A stretch of DNA of 64,000 nt. Origin: Balneolales bacterium. Its GTDB lineage: Bacteria > Bacteroidota > Rhodothermia > Balneolales > HLUCCA01. The notes under the pieces were generated by a model. The model saw nothing but the letters and a program-made list of their open reading frames with translations, was not told where the DNA came from and made no database searches. Both the position numbers and the translations under genes were made by a program. Location: NCBI GenBank assembly GCA_024711145.1, contig JANJTJ010000117.1, positions 416 to 64,415 on the forward strand, written 5' to 3'. The first letter of the stretch is position 1. Every line of letters begins with the position of its first letter. Below are positions 11,574 through 20,624 of the stretch, piece by piece.

Positions 11574-12217
11574 GGATAGAGCACGTCTAAGGTTTCGAAG
11601 AGGTCGGCGATCTTGGTCAGGTCTTTGACGCCCGGAGCCGATTCCAACCGGCTGCTCAGGTCGATGCCGTAGGGGTGCACGAACTGCAGCAGGGCTTCCA
11701 CATTGCCGGCATGCAACCCGCCCGATACGAACCATGGGGTTTCCGTGCGGAATCCGCTCAACAGCTCCCAGGCGAAGGCTTCGCCGGTGCCGCCGGGCTG
11801 ACCCGGTTTCCAGGTATCGAACAGGAAGTATTCGGCCACGCCTTCGTAAGGTGCGGTCATGGCCCGTACATCGGCCAGGGTGGTGTCCGGCCTGATGGAG
11901 AAGGCCTTGATGGCGGGTTTGTCCAGCAGGCGGATATAATCGGGCGATTCGGAGCCGTGCAACTGAACCAGATGCACGCCGGCCATGAGGGCGTAATGGT
12001 TCACATCGTCCAGGGGTTGGTCCACAAAAACGGCGACACTCTTGGGCCCTTCGATCCAAGCCAGGATGTCTCGCACTTTGGTGGCTTCCACGAACCGTGG
12101 GCTGCCCGGCCAGGCGATGAAGCCGAGGAAATCGGCCATGGCGCCCGAGGCGAAGCGGGCGTCTTCGAGGCGGGTGAGGCCGCAGATTTTCACGGCGGGA
12201 CGTTCAGAAGCGGTCAT
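11570..12217 (-). CDS. trpF: phosphoribosylanthranilate isomerase
   Basis: [13 protein letters not shown]-terminus and C-terminal VSGGL. ATG 12217. Confidence 0.9.
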
Positions 12218-13013
12218 GCTCGGTTTCTTTGAAGGTTTCCTGTAGGGTGCGGAGGGCGGCACCGGGATCCGGTTGCCGCATGAAATGTTCGCCGATGAGT
12301 GCGGCGTGGATGCCGTTATCGGCCAGATGGCGCAGGTCGGCGGTGGTGGAAAGGGCGCTTTCCGATACTTTGACCACCCCTTCCGGAGCAGTGGCCAACA
12401 AGGCCACACCCCGGTGCACGTCGGTTTCGAAGGTGCGCAGATCCCGGTTGTTCACACCGGCCACCTGCACCTGGTCGAAGGGAATGCGGTCCCAATCCTC
12501 CCGCCCATAGGCTTCCACCAAGGCCTGCAGACCGGCCTCGGCAGTGGCGTGCAAAAGCTCGACCAGTTGGCTCCGCTCCAGCACAGTGGCGATCAGCAGC
12601 ACGGCGTCGGCGCCCCAGGCCCGTGCTTCCGCTATCTGATAGGGATCGGTAATGAAATCCTTGCGCAACAAGGGGATGTCTACCACGCGCGACACCCGGG
12701 TCAGATACTCCGGATGCCCCTGGAAATAGTGGGGTTCGGTGAGCACGCTGATGGCGGCGGCCCCGGCATCGCGGTAGCGCAGGGCGATGTCGGTCGGGTC
12801 GAAATCGGCACGGATGAGGCCTTTGCTGGGCGAGGCTTTCTTGATTTCGGCCAGGATGCGCACCTGGCCGGGGCCGCCCCTCAAGGCCGCATCGAGCGGG
12901 CGCCGGGGGGTGTTCCAAGCCGGGTACGAGGTCAGGTCCGACGGACGGATGCGCTGCTTGCGACGGGCCGTCTCCTCACGGGTGGTTTCCACGATGCGGT
13001 CCAGGATGGTCAT
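12204..13013 (-). CDS. trpC: indole-3-glycerol phosphate synthase
   Basis: ILAEIKKASPSKG and SVLTEPHYFQG motifs. ATG 13013 overlaps the trpD stop. Confidence 0.9.
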   Translation of the reverse strand: MTILDRIVETTREETARRKQRIRPSDLTSYPAWNTPRRPLDAALRGGPGQVRILAEIKKASPSKGLIRADFDPTDIALRYRDAGAAAISVLTEPHYFQGHPEYLTRVSRVVDIPLLRKDFITDPYQIAEARAWGADAVLLIATVLERSQLVELLHATAEAGLQALVEAYGREDWDRIPFDQVQVAGVNNRDLRTFETDVHRGVALLATAPEGVVKVSESALSTTADLRHLADNGIHAALIGEHFMRQPDPGAALRTLQETFKETEHDRF

Positions 13014-14029
13014 GCCAGGCTGGCCTCCTTGAACCGTTCGAATGCCCTTCGGGCCGCGCCGGTGGCCAGGGCTTCCCGCGCCTGGCCCAGGGCTTCGTGC
13101 AGATCGGCGGTTCTGCCGGCCATGCGGATGGCCTTGGCCGCATTCCACACCACGATGTCGGACTGGGCCCGGGTGCCCTTGCCGGCCAGCAAGGCGTGCA
13201 TGATGGCGGCATTGGCGGTGGCATCTCCCCCCTTCAACGCATCCGGTTCCACCCGTTCCAGCCCGAAATCGGCGGCATCCAAGCGGTAGGGAGCCCGCAG
13301 CAGGCGCCCCGCCACCTCGTACACGTCGTTGCCGGACGTGGTGCTCAGTTCGTCGAGTCCGTCGTGCGCATACACGGTGGCGGCGGCCTCGGGCTCCAAG
13401 CGGGCCAGGATCTCCGCCATGGTGAGGGCGGTTTCCCGGCTGTAGGCACCGATCACCTGGCGTTTCACACCGGCCGGGTTCAGCAACGGACCCAATATGT
13501 TGAAGAAGGTGCGCATGCCCAGGGCACGGCGTGCGGGCATCACGGCTTTCATGGCCGGATGGTAGATCGGTGCGAACAGGAAGGTGATGCCCGTTTCGCG
13601 GTACACCCGTTCGGCGTCCGGTTTTTCGAGCATGACCCGTGCGCCCAGCGCTTCCATCACATCGAAACTGCCGCTTTTGCTCGATATGCTGCGGTTGCCA
13701 TGTTTGAGCACGGGTACCCCCGCACCCGCCACCACGAAAGCGACGGCGGTGGATATGTTGAAGGTGCCGGAGTGGTCGCCACCGGTACCGCATACGTCCA
13801 CGGCACCCTCCACGTCCACCTGCACGGGTACGGCGGCTGCCCGCATCACCCGAACGAAGGCGGTCAGTTCGGTCACGGTCTCCCCTTTGGCACGCATGCC
13901 GAACAGGAAGGCTCCGATCTGCGCCTCGGGCACATCCCCATCCAATATGGTGGTGAGCGCCTGTGTGGCTTCTTCGGCCGTAAGGTCCTCCCGGGCGGCC
14001 AGTTTGACCAATACTTCCTGGAAATTCAT
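13010..14029 (-). CDS. trpD: anthranilate phosphoribosyltransferase
   Basis: DVCGTGGDHSGTFNIST and KHGNRSISSKSGS motifs. ATG 14029 overlaps the trpG stop. Confidence 0.95.
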   Translation of the reverse strand: MNFQEVLVKLAAREDLTAEEATQALTTILDGDVPEAQIGAFLFGMRAKGETVTELTAFVRVMRAAAVPVQVDVEGAVDVCGTGGDHSGTFNISTAVAFVVAGAGVPVLKHGNRSISSKSGSFDVMEALGARVMLEKPDAERVYRETGITFLFAPIYHPAMKAVMPARRALGMRTFFNILGPLLNPAGVKRQVIGAYSRETALTMAEILARLEPEAAATVYAHDGLDELSTTSGNDVYEVAGRLLRAPYRLDAADFGLERVEPDALKGGDATANAAIMHALLAGKGTRAQSDIVVWNAAKAIRMAGRTADLHEALGQAREALATGAARRAFERFKEASLA

Positions 14030-14589
14030 GATGCGATCCAGTTGGCGATGAGTTTTGGCCCTTCTACCGTGAGGATGCTTTCCGGATGGAATTGGATGCC
14101 TTCGATGGGCTTGCTCTTGTGCCGCAACCCCATGATGATTCCATCGGCCGTTTCGGCGGTGACCTCCAGGCTGTCGGGCAGGCCTTCCCGGCTGACCACC
14201 AGCGAATGGTAGCGTGTGGCCGTGAACCCCTGGGGCACGCCGGCGAACAGGCCCTGGCCGTCGTGCCGGATTTCGGAGGTTTTGCCATGCATGAGCGTGG
14301 GTGCGTACACCACCTGCCCACCGTGCACCAACCCGATGGCCTGATGCCCCAGGCAGACCCCCAGTATGGGTGTATCGGCCCCGAGTTCGCGGATCACGTC
14401 GGGGCAGACGCCGGCGTCTTCCGGCCTGCCCGGGCCCGGAGATATCAGGATCTTGGCCGGCCGTTTGGCCCGGATCTGGTCCACCGTGAGCACGTCGTTG
14501 CGTACCACCTCGTAATCGGGTGTGTGGCGGGCCACCAGATGCACCAGATTGTAGGTGAAACTGTCGTAATTGTCGAGAATGAGCACCAT
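14026..14589 (-). CDS. trpG: anthranilate synthase component II (glutamine amidotransferase)
   Basis: ILDNYDSFTYNL, GVCLGHQ catalytic Cys and GIQFHPES motifs. Confidence 0.9.
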   Translation of the reverse strand: MVLILDNYDSFTYNLVHLVARHTPDYEVVRNDVLTVDQIRAKRPAKILISPGPGRPEDAGVCPDVIRELGADTPILGVCLGHQAIGLVHGGQVVYAPTLMHGKTSEIRHDGQGLFAGVPQGFTATRYHSLVVSREGLPDSLEVTAETADGIIMGLRHKSKPIEGIQFHPESILTVEGPKLIANWIAS

Positions 14590-15572
14590 CAGTGGAAACT
14601 CCGTATGAGTCCCGTGGCCCGGCGGACCGGTTCCATGACGGTTTCGGCCCGTTCGCGGGCCATGGAGCCTCCTTCGGCCAGGATTCGCCGCACCCGGTCT
14701 TCATCGGCAGCCAGTTCCTTGCGCCGGGCCCTGGCATCGGCGAACCGGTCTTCGATCAGCCCCAAAAGGTCTTTCTTGGCATGGCCGTACCCGTATCCGC
14801 CGGCGCGGTACCGTTCGGCGATCGCATCGCGTTGGTCCGCCTCGGCGAAGAGCCGGATGAGGGCGAAGACGTTGCAGGTATCGGGGTTCTTGGGCTCCTC
14901 GAGCGGGGTGGAATCGGTGACGATGGCCATCACTTTTTCCTTCAGCTCCCGACCTTCATCGAATATGCCGATGGTGTTGCCATAGCTCTTGGACATCTTG
15001 CGACCGTCGATGCCGGGCACGGTGGCCACGGCTTCCACGATGGAGGCCTCGGGCAGGCGCAGGAAATCCCCATCGTAGGCCAGGTTGAATTTGACGGCCA
15101 GATCGCGGGTGATTTCGATATGCTGTTTCTGGTCGGCCCCCACCGGTACGATATCGGAATGATAGATGAGGATGTCGGCGGCCTGCAGGATGGGATAGGT
15201 GAACAGACCCACGTTCGGGGTCATGCCCTGGGCCACTTTGTCTTTGTAGGAAACGGCCTTTTCCATGAGGCTCATGGGCGTGAGCGAACCCAGGATCCAG
15301 GCCAGTTCGGTGACCTGGGGCACGTCGCTCTGGGCGAAGAACACGCAATGGGACGGATCCAGCCCGAGTGCGAGGTAGTCGATGGCGATGTCCAGGGTAT
15401 GCCGCTCCATCAGGGCACCATCGTGGCGGCTGGTGAGGGCATGGTAGTTGGCTATGAAATAGTAGGCGTCGCCCTGGTCTTGCAGCTCGATGTGCTGGCG
15501 CATGGCGCCGAAGTAGTTGCCGATGTGCAGGCGGCCCGAAGGCGTGATGCCCGATAGGATGGTCTTTTTCAT
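14589..15572 (-). CDS. trpS: tryptophan--tRNA ligase
   Basis: Class-I motifs: PSGRLHIGNY (HIGH) and KMSKS. 327 aa. ATG 15572 overlaps the trpE stop (ATGA), and its own stop overlaps the trpG ATG (TGATG). Confidence 0.9.
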   Translation of the reverse strand: MKKTILSGITPSGRLHIGNYFGAMRQHIELQDQGDAYYFIANYHALTSRHDGALMERHTLDIAIDYLALGLDPSHCVFFAQSDVPQVTELAWILGSLTPMSLMEKAVSYKDKVAQGMTPNVGLFTYPILQAADILIYHSDIVPVGADQKQHIEITRDLAVKFNLAYDGDFLRLPEASIVEAVATVPGIDGRKMSKSYGNTIGIFDEGRELKEKVMAIVTDSTPLEEPKNPDTCNVFALIRLFAEADQRDAIAERYRAGGYGYGHAKKDLLGLIEDRFADARARRKELAADEDRVRRILAEGGSMARERAETVMEPVRRATGLIRSFH

Positions 15573-17044
15573 GAATGCGTAGTGGTGATGCGGTTGGCGA
15601 GGTCCAGCGCGGCGACCAAGGCACCGGCCTTGTTCACGGTTTCCTCGAATTCGGCGCCGGGTACCGAGTCGGCCACGATGCCGGCCCCGGCTTGGATATG
15701 GATGGTGTCGGCGGTGGCTACCATGGTGCGGATGGCGATGCAGGTGTCCATGTTGCCGCTGAAATCGAAATACCCCACGGCACCGGCATAGGGGCCACGT
15801 TTGGTTGGCTCCATGCGGTCGATGATCTCCATGGCCCGCACTTTGGGCGCTCCGCTCACGGTACCTGCCGGAAAACACCATTTCAGGGCGTCTACGGCGG
15901 TTTTGCCGGCCGCCAGCCTACCGTGCACGTCGCTCACGATGTGCATGACATGCGAATACCGGACCACCACGCGGTCGCGCACCAGATGTACCGAGTCGGG
16001 TTCGCAGATGCGCGAGAGGTCGTTGCGCCCCAGGTCCACCAACATGATGTGCTCGGCCAGCTCTTTGGGATCGGCCATCAGGTCGGCTTCGAGCGCGGTG
16101 TCGGCCTCGGCATCGGCGCCACGTTTGCGGGTTCCGGCTATGGGAAGCACCTGTGCCTTGCCGTCCTGCACGCGCACCAACACTTCGGGCGACGACCCGA
16201 TCAAAGCGAATTCCCCCAATTCCAGATGGAACAGATAGGGCGACGGATTCACCATGCGCAAGGCCCGGTAGAATTGGAAGCGGTCGCCGCTGTACCCTTT
16301 GGCGAACCGCTGGCTGAGAACCACCTGGAAGATGTCGCCCTCGTGGATATGCCGTTGCGCGCCGCGTACCTGTTCCTCGAATCGGCTGCGGGTCGTATTC
16401 GACCGCACTTCCCCTTCCTCCAACCGCACCGGGCCTATGGGACCCATGGGGGCTTCGGCCAGGATCCGCATGCGGTCCAATGCCGCTTGGGCGTCGGCAT
16501 AGGCCTGTTTCAGGTCCGGCTTGCCATGCAACCGTACCGTTTTGATGAGCAGGATGCGGTGTTTCACGTGGTCGAAGGCGAACACCTCGTCATAAAAATT
16601 CCAGACGGCATCGGGCAGCTCCAGGTCATCGGCGGGCGGTGCGGGCAGGCGCTCGGTGAGACGGACGGTATCGTACCCGGAAAACCCGACGGCACCGGCC
16701 GTGAACCGGGGCAGATCGGCGATTTTGGGTTCGTTGTACTCGCTGGTAAGCCGCCCCAGTTCTTCGAAGTACCGGTCGGAGGAGAAGGAACGTGTGGTAC
16801 CGTCCCGTTCCACGGTGCCCGCATCACCCCGAAGGCGGAGCGTCTGGTAGGGGTCGCGCCCGAGGAAGGAATACCGGGCCAGATGCTCCCCGCCTTCCAC
16901 CGATTCGAGCAGGAATGCCGCCTTGGCCCCGACCCGCAGGTTCAGGAACAGGGCTACCGGCGTGAGCAGGTCGGCCGGCAGTACCCGATGCACCGGAACG
17001 GCCGAAAATCGGGAAGCATAGGATTGAAAGGTTTCGAAGGTCAT
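15569..17044 (-). CDS. trpE: anthranilate synthase component I
   Basis: LLESVEGGEHLARYSF, GAVGYF and the chorismate-binding C-terminal domain. Confidence 0.95.
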   Translation of the reverse strand: MTFETFQSYASRFSAVPVHRVLPADLLTPVALFLNLRVGAKAAFLLESVEGGEHLARYSFLGRDPYQTLRLRGDAGTVERDGTTRSFSSDRYFEELGRLTSEYNEPKIADLPRFTAGAVGFSGYDTVRLTERLPAPPADDLELPDAVWNFYDEVFAFDHVKHRILLIKTVRLHGKPDLKQAYADAQAALDRMRILAEAPMGPIGPVRLEEGEVRSNTTRSRFEEQVRGAQRHIHEGDIFQVVLSQRFAKGYSGDRFQFYRALRMVNPSPYLFHLELGEFALIGSSPEVLVRVQDGKAQVLPIAGTRKRGADAEADTALEADLMADPKELAEHIMLVDLGRNDLSRICEPDSVHLVRDRVVVRYSHVMHIVSDVHGRLAAGKTAVDALKWCFPAGTVSGAPKVRAMEIIDRMEPTKRGPYAGAVGYFDFSGNMDTCIAIRTMVATADTIHIQAGAGIVADSVPGAEFEETVNKAGALVAALDLANRITTTHS

Positions 17045-17058
17045 GCGGATGGGTCAAC

Positions 17059-17090
17059 AAAAAAAGCCCGATGCGGGTTCGCAGCGGGCT
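17059..17090 (-). terminator. intrinsic terminator / attenuator hairpin between the trp leader ORF and trpE
   Basis: Minus strand reads AGCCCGcTGCG-AACC-CGCAtCGGGCT followed by TTTTTTT. The U-run ends 14 nt before the trpE ATG. Confidence 0.75.
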
Positions 17091-17140
17091 CGGATGAGAG
17101 GATCGGAATTTCAGGGAAAAACGACGTCTGCCGGACCGCT

Positions 17141-17188
17141 TCAAGCGCCGGGCCACCACCAACGGAGGTTGAGGGATGCGTTTTTCAT
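17141..17188 (-). CDS. trpL: trp operon leader peptide (15 aa, MKNASLNLRWWWPGA)
   Basis: ATG AAA AAC GCA TCC CTC AAC CTC CGT TGG TGG TGG CCC GGC GCT TGA. Three consecutive Trp codons lie about 50 nt upstream of the terminator hairpin. Too short to appear in the ORF track. Confidence 0.7.
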   Translation of the reverse strand: MKNASLNLRWWWPGA

Positions 17189-17194
17189 GACTCC

Positions 17195-17226
17195 CGAAGG
17201 TAGCATCGGAAAGCCGTGAATGTCAA
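17195..17226 (-). promoter_or_regulatory. candidate Bacteroidota-type promoter for the trp leader (TTG-N21-TACCTTCG)
   Basis: Minus strand reads TTGACA..(N)..TACCTTCGggagtcATG. The -7-like box ends 6 nt before the leader ATG. Confidence 0.35.
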
Positions 17227-18040
17227 AGGGAATCGGTACATTCGCACTGTGATATCCCGATTCGGCCTCCTGTCCGCCCTAGGTGTCGGACTCCTGACCG
17301 CTTCCGCCTGCGACAATCCGCCCGGGTTGCCATCCGCAGCGGATCCGGTCCGTTTGCATACCCTCAACCTGACGCCGAATCCGGTGGCGTTCGAACCGAC
17401 CGACGGTGTGCGCGACACCACAGTGGAGCTGTCGGTTTCGGTTTCGGCCGATGGCGTACCGGATGCCGCACCGGTGTTCCACTGGTATGTGGCCGGCGTG
17501 GCCGGCGCGCCTGAAACGGTGGCCCTTACCTACAACAACGGTACCGACCGTTGGGAAGCGCTGGTGCCCCTGGAACTGACTACCACCACCCTGGCCGAAT
17601 ATCGGACCTATGTGCTCGTACCGGGTTCCGCCGCCTCGAACCGGGTGGAAGCGGTTTTGCCCGTGCAAGGGTTCACGGCCGGGGTACCGTTGTTGGAATC
17701 GGTACAAGCGCCAGCCACGGTCCGGATTCCCGCATCCGGCTCCCAACCGTTCAGCCTGGCGGCTACGGTCAGCCATCCGAACGGCCTGAGCGCCCTGTTC
17801 CGGGTCGTCGTGTCCATCCGGGGGGGCAATGGACAAGCCTTGCCCGGCTCCCCCTTCACCCTGTTCGACGACGGCGGTGGTGCCAGCGGCGACCCCACGG
17901 CCGGAGACGGCACCTTCACCCGCCGGTTCACGGTGGCTTCCACCAATATGCCCGATACCTACACCCTGCGGTTCTGGGCACTGGACAAAGCGGGCCAATC
18001 TTCCGACACCCTGTCGGCCACCATGCGGTTCGAACGATGA
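17216..18040 (+). CDS. hypothetical lipoprotein (Ig-like/secreted, function unknown)
   Basis: Signal with Cys (GLLSALGVGLLTASAC). An alternative in-frame GTG at 17249 gives a cleaner signal peptide. Contains FDDGGGASGDPTAGDGTFT. Its stop overlaps the next ATG (ATGA). Confidence 0.5.
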   Translation: MNVKGNRYIRTVISRFGLLSALGVGLLTASACDNPPGLPSAADPVRLHTLNLTPNPVAFEPTDGVRDTTVELSVSVSADGVPDAAPVFHWYVAGVAGAPETVALTYNNGTDRWEALVPLELTTTTLAEYRTYVLVPGSAASNRVEAVLPVQGFTAGVPLLESVQAPATVRIPASGSQPFSLAATVSHPNGLSALFRVVVSIRGGNGQALPGSPFTLFDDGGGASGDPTAGDGTFTRRFTVASTNMPDTYTLRFWALDKAGQSSDTLSATMRFER

Positions 18041-19596
18041 GAACGGGATTCCTTCTAACCGTCTTGGCGGCATGGGCAACCACCGCGCAGGCGCAGGTCT
18101 ATGGCCCCTTGGTCGACCGTACCACCTCCATCGCCCAGAACGGCATCACCAACATGGCCGCCCTGGGCGACACCCTGTGGGTGGGCCCCTACCTGAGCCG
18201 CACCCTGGACAACGGCATGCAGTGGTTCCTGCCCACCACGGCCGATTCCGTGAACGGTGCCGAAGGTCGTGGCCGCATGTTCTCCATCGCGCTGGCACCG
18301 GATACCGTGGTGGTCGGGCTCGGGTACACCTATGAGTCGGGCGACCTGTCGGTCCAAACCGCCCAGGGGATCTACCTGAGCACCGATGGGGGCGACACCT
18401 GGGCCTTCAGCAATCCGCCCTTGGACCCCCTCGGTGCCGATTCGGTCTTTTATGGGGGGCGGTGGATCGATGCCATCGCCATCGTGGTGCCCCAGCAGAG
18501 CCCGCCATACAACGTGGCCTTCCGCGGAAACGTGGTCTTCACGGCCAGCTGGGCTTCCGGCATCCGCCGATCCACCGATTTCGGCGGCAGCTGGGAACGG
18601 TTGGTCCTACCTCCCACCGAGTTGGATTCGTTGGTGCCCGAGCAGACCTACGATTTCGTGTTCGACCCCCGCACGCCCCGTTCCGGCGACCCCAACGCCG
18701 TCCGGTATCCCGAGGGTTGGCGCAATTTCCTCGGGTTCTCCGTCATGGTGGACCGGGACGGATGGGTATGGGCCGGTACGGCCGGCGGCATCAACCTCTC
18801 TCCCAACGCCCTCACCGCCCCTGCCGATTCGGTGCGTTGGTATCATGTGCGGGCCCGCTCGGGTCCCCAAGGCATGCTGGGCGACTGGGTGGTGCGCATG
18901 CGGCAACATCCCGGAACGGGCGAAGTCTGGCTCACCAATTGGACCGCCGCCGAAGGTGACGAACAAGGGCTGGTATCCACCCTGGACCACGGGGCCACGT
19001 TCCGCCGGCATCTGGTCGGCGAACGGGTGAACGATGTGGGCTTTTTCGGCTCCATGATCGTAGCCGCGGCGGACGGCGGCCTGTTCATCAGCCGCGACAA
19101 CGGCACCAGTTGGGAGCAGGTGACCGAGATCCGTTCGGCCACGGCACGGTTGAAATCCTCGGCCGAATTCCGGGCGGTATCGGCGGGCAGCGACCGGCTG
19201 TGGATCGGCACCACCGACGGCCTCGTATCCACCACGGACGGCCTCGCATGGGACATCCAGCGGGTCGATTTCCCCCTTTCGGGCGGCAATCAATTCGACC
19301 CCGAAGCCGCTTCCGTGTCGCACTACGCCTATCCGAATCCGTTCAGCCGCACCCAGCACGAGGTGGTCCGCATCCGTTTCGACGCCCCGTCCACGGGAGC
19401 CGTGCGGGTGGTATTCCTCGATTTCACCATGCAACCCATCCGTACCCTTTCGGGCACGGCCCTGGCGCCCGGCATCCACGAGCTGGAGTGGGATGGCAGA
19501 GACCGCGATGGCCGCCGGGTGGCCAATGGACCCGTTTTCTACCGCATAACCGTCGCCGGGCGAACGCTCGACGGCAAACTCCTGGTACTCGATTGA
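18037..19596 (+). CDS. BNR/Asp-box beta-propeller protein with T9SS C-terminal sorting domain
   Basis: Signal MRTGFLLTVLAAWATTAQAQ. Asp-boxes STDGGDTW, STDFGGSW and SRDNGTSW. W.GT.GG/DGL propeller repeats. C-terminus YPNPFSRTQHEVVRIRF...ELEWDGRDRDGRRVANGPVFYRI is CTD/FlgD-Ig-like. The 681-aa track ORF has a spurious N-terminal extension. Confidence 0.7.
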   Translation: MRTGFLLTVLAAWATTAQAQVYGPLVDRTTSIAQNGITNMAALGDTLWVGPYLSRTLDNGMQWFLPTTADSVNGAEGRGRMFSIALAPDTVVVGLGYTYESGDLSVQTAQGIYLSTDGGDTWAFSNPPLDPLGADSVFYGGRWIDAIAIVVPQQSPPYNVAFRGNVVFTASWASGIRRSTDFGGSWERLVLPPTELDSLVPEQTYDFVFDPRTPRSGDPNAVRYPEGWRNFLGFSVMVDRDGWVWAGTAGGINLSPNALTAPADSVRWYHVRARSGPQGMLGDWVVRMRQHPGTGEVWLTNWTAAEGDEQGLVSTLDHGATFRRHLVGERVNDVGFFGSMIVAAADGGLFISRDNGTSWEQVTEIRSATARLKSSAEFRAVSAGSDRLWIGTTDGLVSTTDGLAWDIQRVDFPLSGGNQFDPEAASVSHYAYPNPFSRTQHEVVRIRFDAPSTGAVRVVFLDFTMQPIRTLSGTALAPGIHELEWDGRDRDGRRVANGPVFYRITVAGRTLDGKLLVLD

Positions 19597-20624
19597 TGCG
19601 CGCCGTTCTGATCCTACTCATGGTGACCTGCGCCACGCTGCCGTCGGTAGCCCAACGCGGCTCCTATGCCGGGGCACCCTTCCGCATGGGCGCCTCCGCC
19701 TCGGCCACCGGTTTCGGCAATGCCGGGGTAGCGGGTGGCGACGTGCACCAGGCCGATGCGAATCCGGCCCTATCCGCTTTCAACACGGAACCGGGCATCG
19801 AGCTGTCCTCGGCGGCCTTGCGCTTCGACCGCAGCCTGCATGGCATCCGTCTGCGCACCGTGCTGCCGCCCAGCGCCGGCCTCACCATCGGATTCACCTA
19901 CGCCGGTGTGGGCGATTTCGACGGGCGCACCGTGAGCGGGTATCCGACCGGACGTTTCGGCATCTCCGAAATGCAGTTGGCGGCCGCCTTCGGCATCCGC
20001 GTGTCCGACCGGACCCGTCTGGGGGCGGGCATGCGCATCAGCCGGGCCGATTACGGCAATGCCACACGGCCACCCACCGGTGTGGGGCTCGACCTCGGCC
20101 TGGTGCGCGAACTCGGCACGCACACCCGCATCGGCATCGCCGTCACGGATCTGATCGCCGCCTATACCTGGGATACCCAGGAACTGTATGGTACCCTGGG
20201 GTCGCGCCAGCAGAAAGACCGCTTTCCCACACGGATCAAACTGGGTGTGACCCACCGGTTCGAACCCCAGGCCCTCCTGCTGGCCGTGGACCTGGAGCAA
20301 CGGGTGGTGCATGCCACCTTCGAATCACGCGAGTTGAATACCGATCTGGGCCAACCCTTCGAGCGGGTGGTGCTGTCGGAAACCACCAATGCCATCCGTC
20401 AGATGCGCACCGGCTTGTCTTGGCAGGCCCATGACCAGGTGGTGGTCCGCGGGGGATGGCAGGTCGAGGACTTGGGGGAAATCGCCGGGTCCGATCGGAT
20501 ATCGTTCGGGTTCACCCTGGATATTCCCCAAGTGAAACGGCTTCCCGTGCTCGATTACGCCTTTTCCACAGAAGCCGGCGGCTTCTCCTCCTTCCATCAA
20601 TTCGCCTTCCGCTTTTCCCTATGA
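19596..20624 (+). CDS. PorV/PorQ-family outer-membrane beta-barrel protein (paralog 1)
   Basis: Signal MRAVLILLMVTCATLPSVAQ. N-terminal pattern ..MGASASATGFGNAGVAGGD....ANPALSAF resembles PorV/PorQ. Alternating beta-strand character, C-terminal ..FAFRFSL. ATG overlaps the upstream stop (TGATG). Confidence 0.55.
   Translation: MRAVLILLMVTCATLPSVAQRGSYAGAPFRMGASASATGFGNAGVAGGDVHQADANPALSAFNTEPGIELSSAALRFDRSLHGIRLRTVLPPSAGLTIGFTYAGVGDFDGRTVSGYPTGRFGISEMQLAAAFGIRVSDRTRLGAGMRISRADYGNATRPPTGVGLDLGLVRELGTHTRIGIAVTDLIAAYTWDTQELYGTLGSRQQKDRFPTRIKLGVTHRFEPQALLLAVDLEQRVVHATFESRELNTDLGQPFERVVLSETTNAIRQMRTGLSWQAHDQVVVRGGWQVEDLGEIAGSDRISFGFTLDIPQVKRLPVLDYAFSTEAGGFSSFHQFAFRFSL

Noticed and set aside
11574-12059. 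Apparent N-terminal extensions that make giant ORFs: TrpB 561 aa, TrpC 529 aa, TrpD 575 aa, TrpS 430 aa, Dxr 519 aa, DUF3047 596 aa, NuoG 652 aa, AtpB 458 aa, BNR protein 681 aa.
   Set aside because: The extensions overlap the preceding gene in another frame and are Arg/Pro-rich junk. In each case a conserved N-terminus begins at an internal ATG or GTG that overlaps the upstream stop codon. These are not gene fusions.
15575-17203. 542-aa ORF on the plus strand, antisense to trpE. Similar long antisense ORFs: 1891..3090, 32559..33797, 35360..36670, 36607..38046, 49359..50909, 58802..59797.
   Set aside because: Their low-complexity Gly/Arg/His/Pro-rich translations have no recognisable motifs. 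Each lies exactly opposite a confidently identified gene. This is typical stop-codon depletion on the antisense strand of GC-rich coding DNA.
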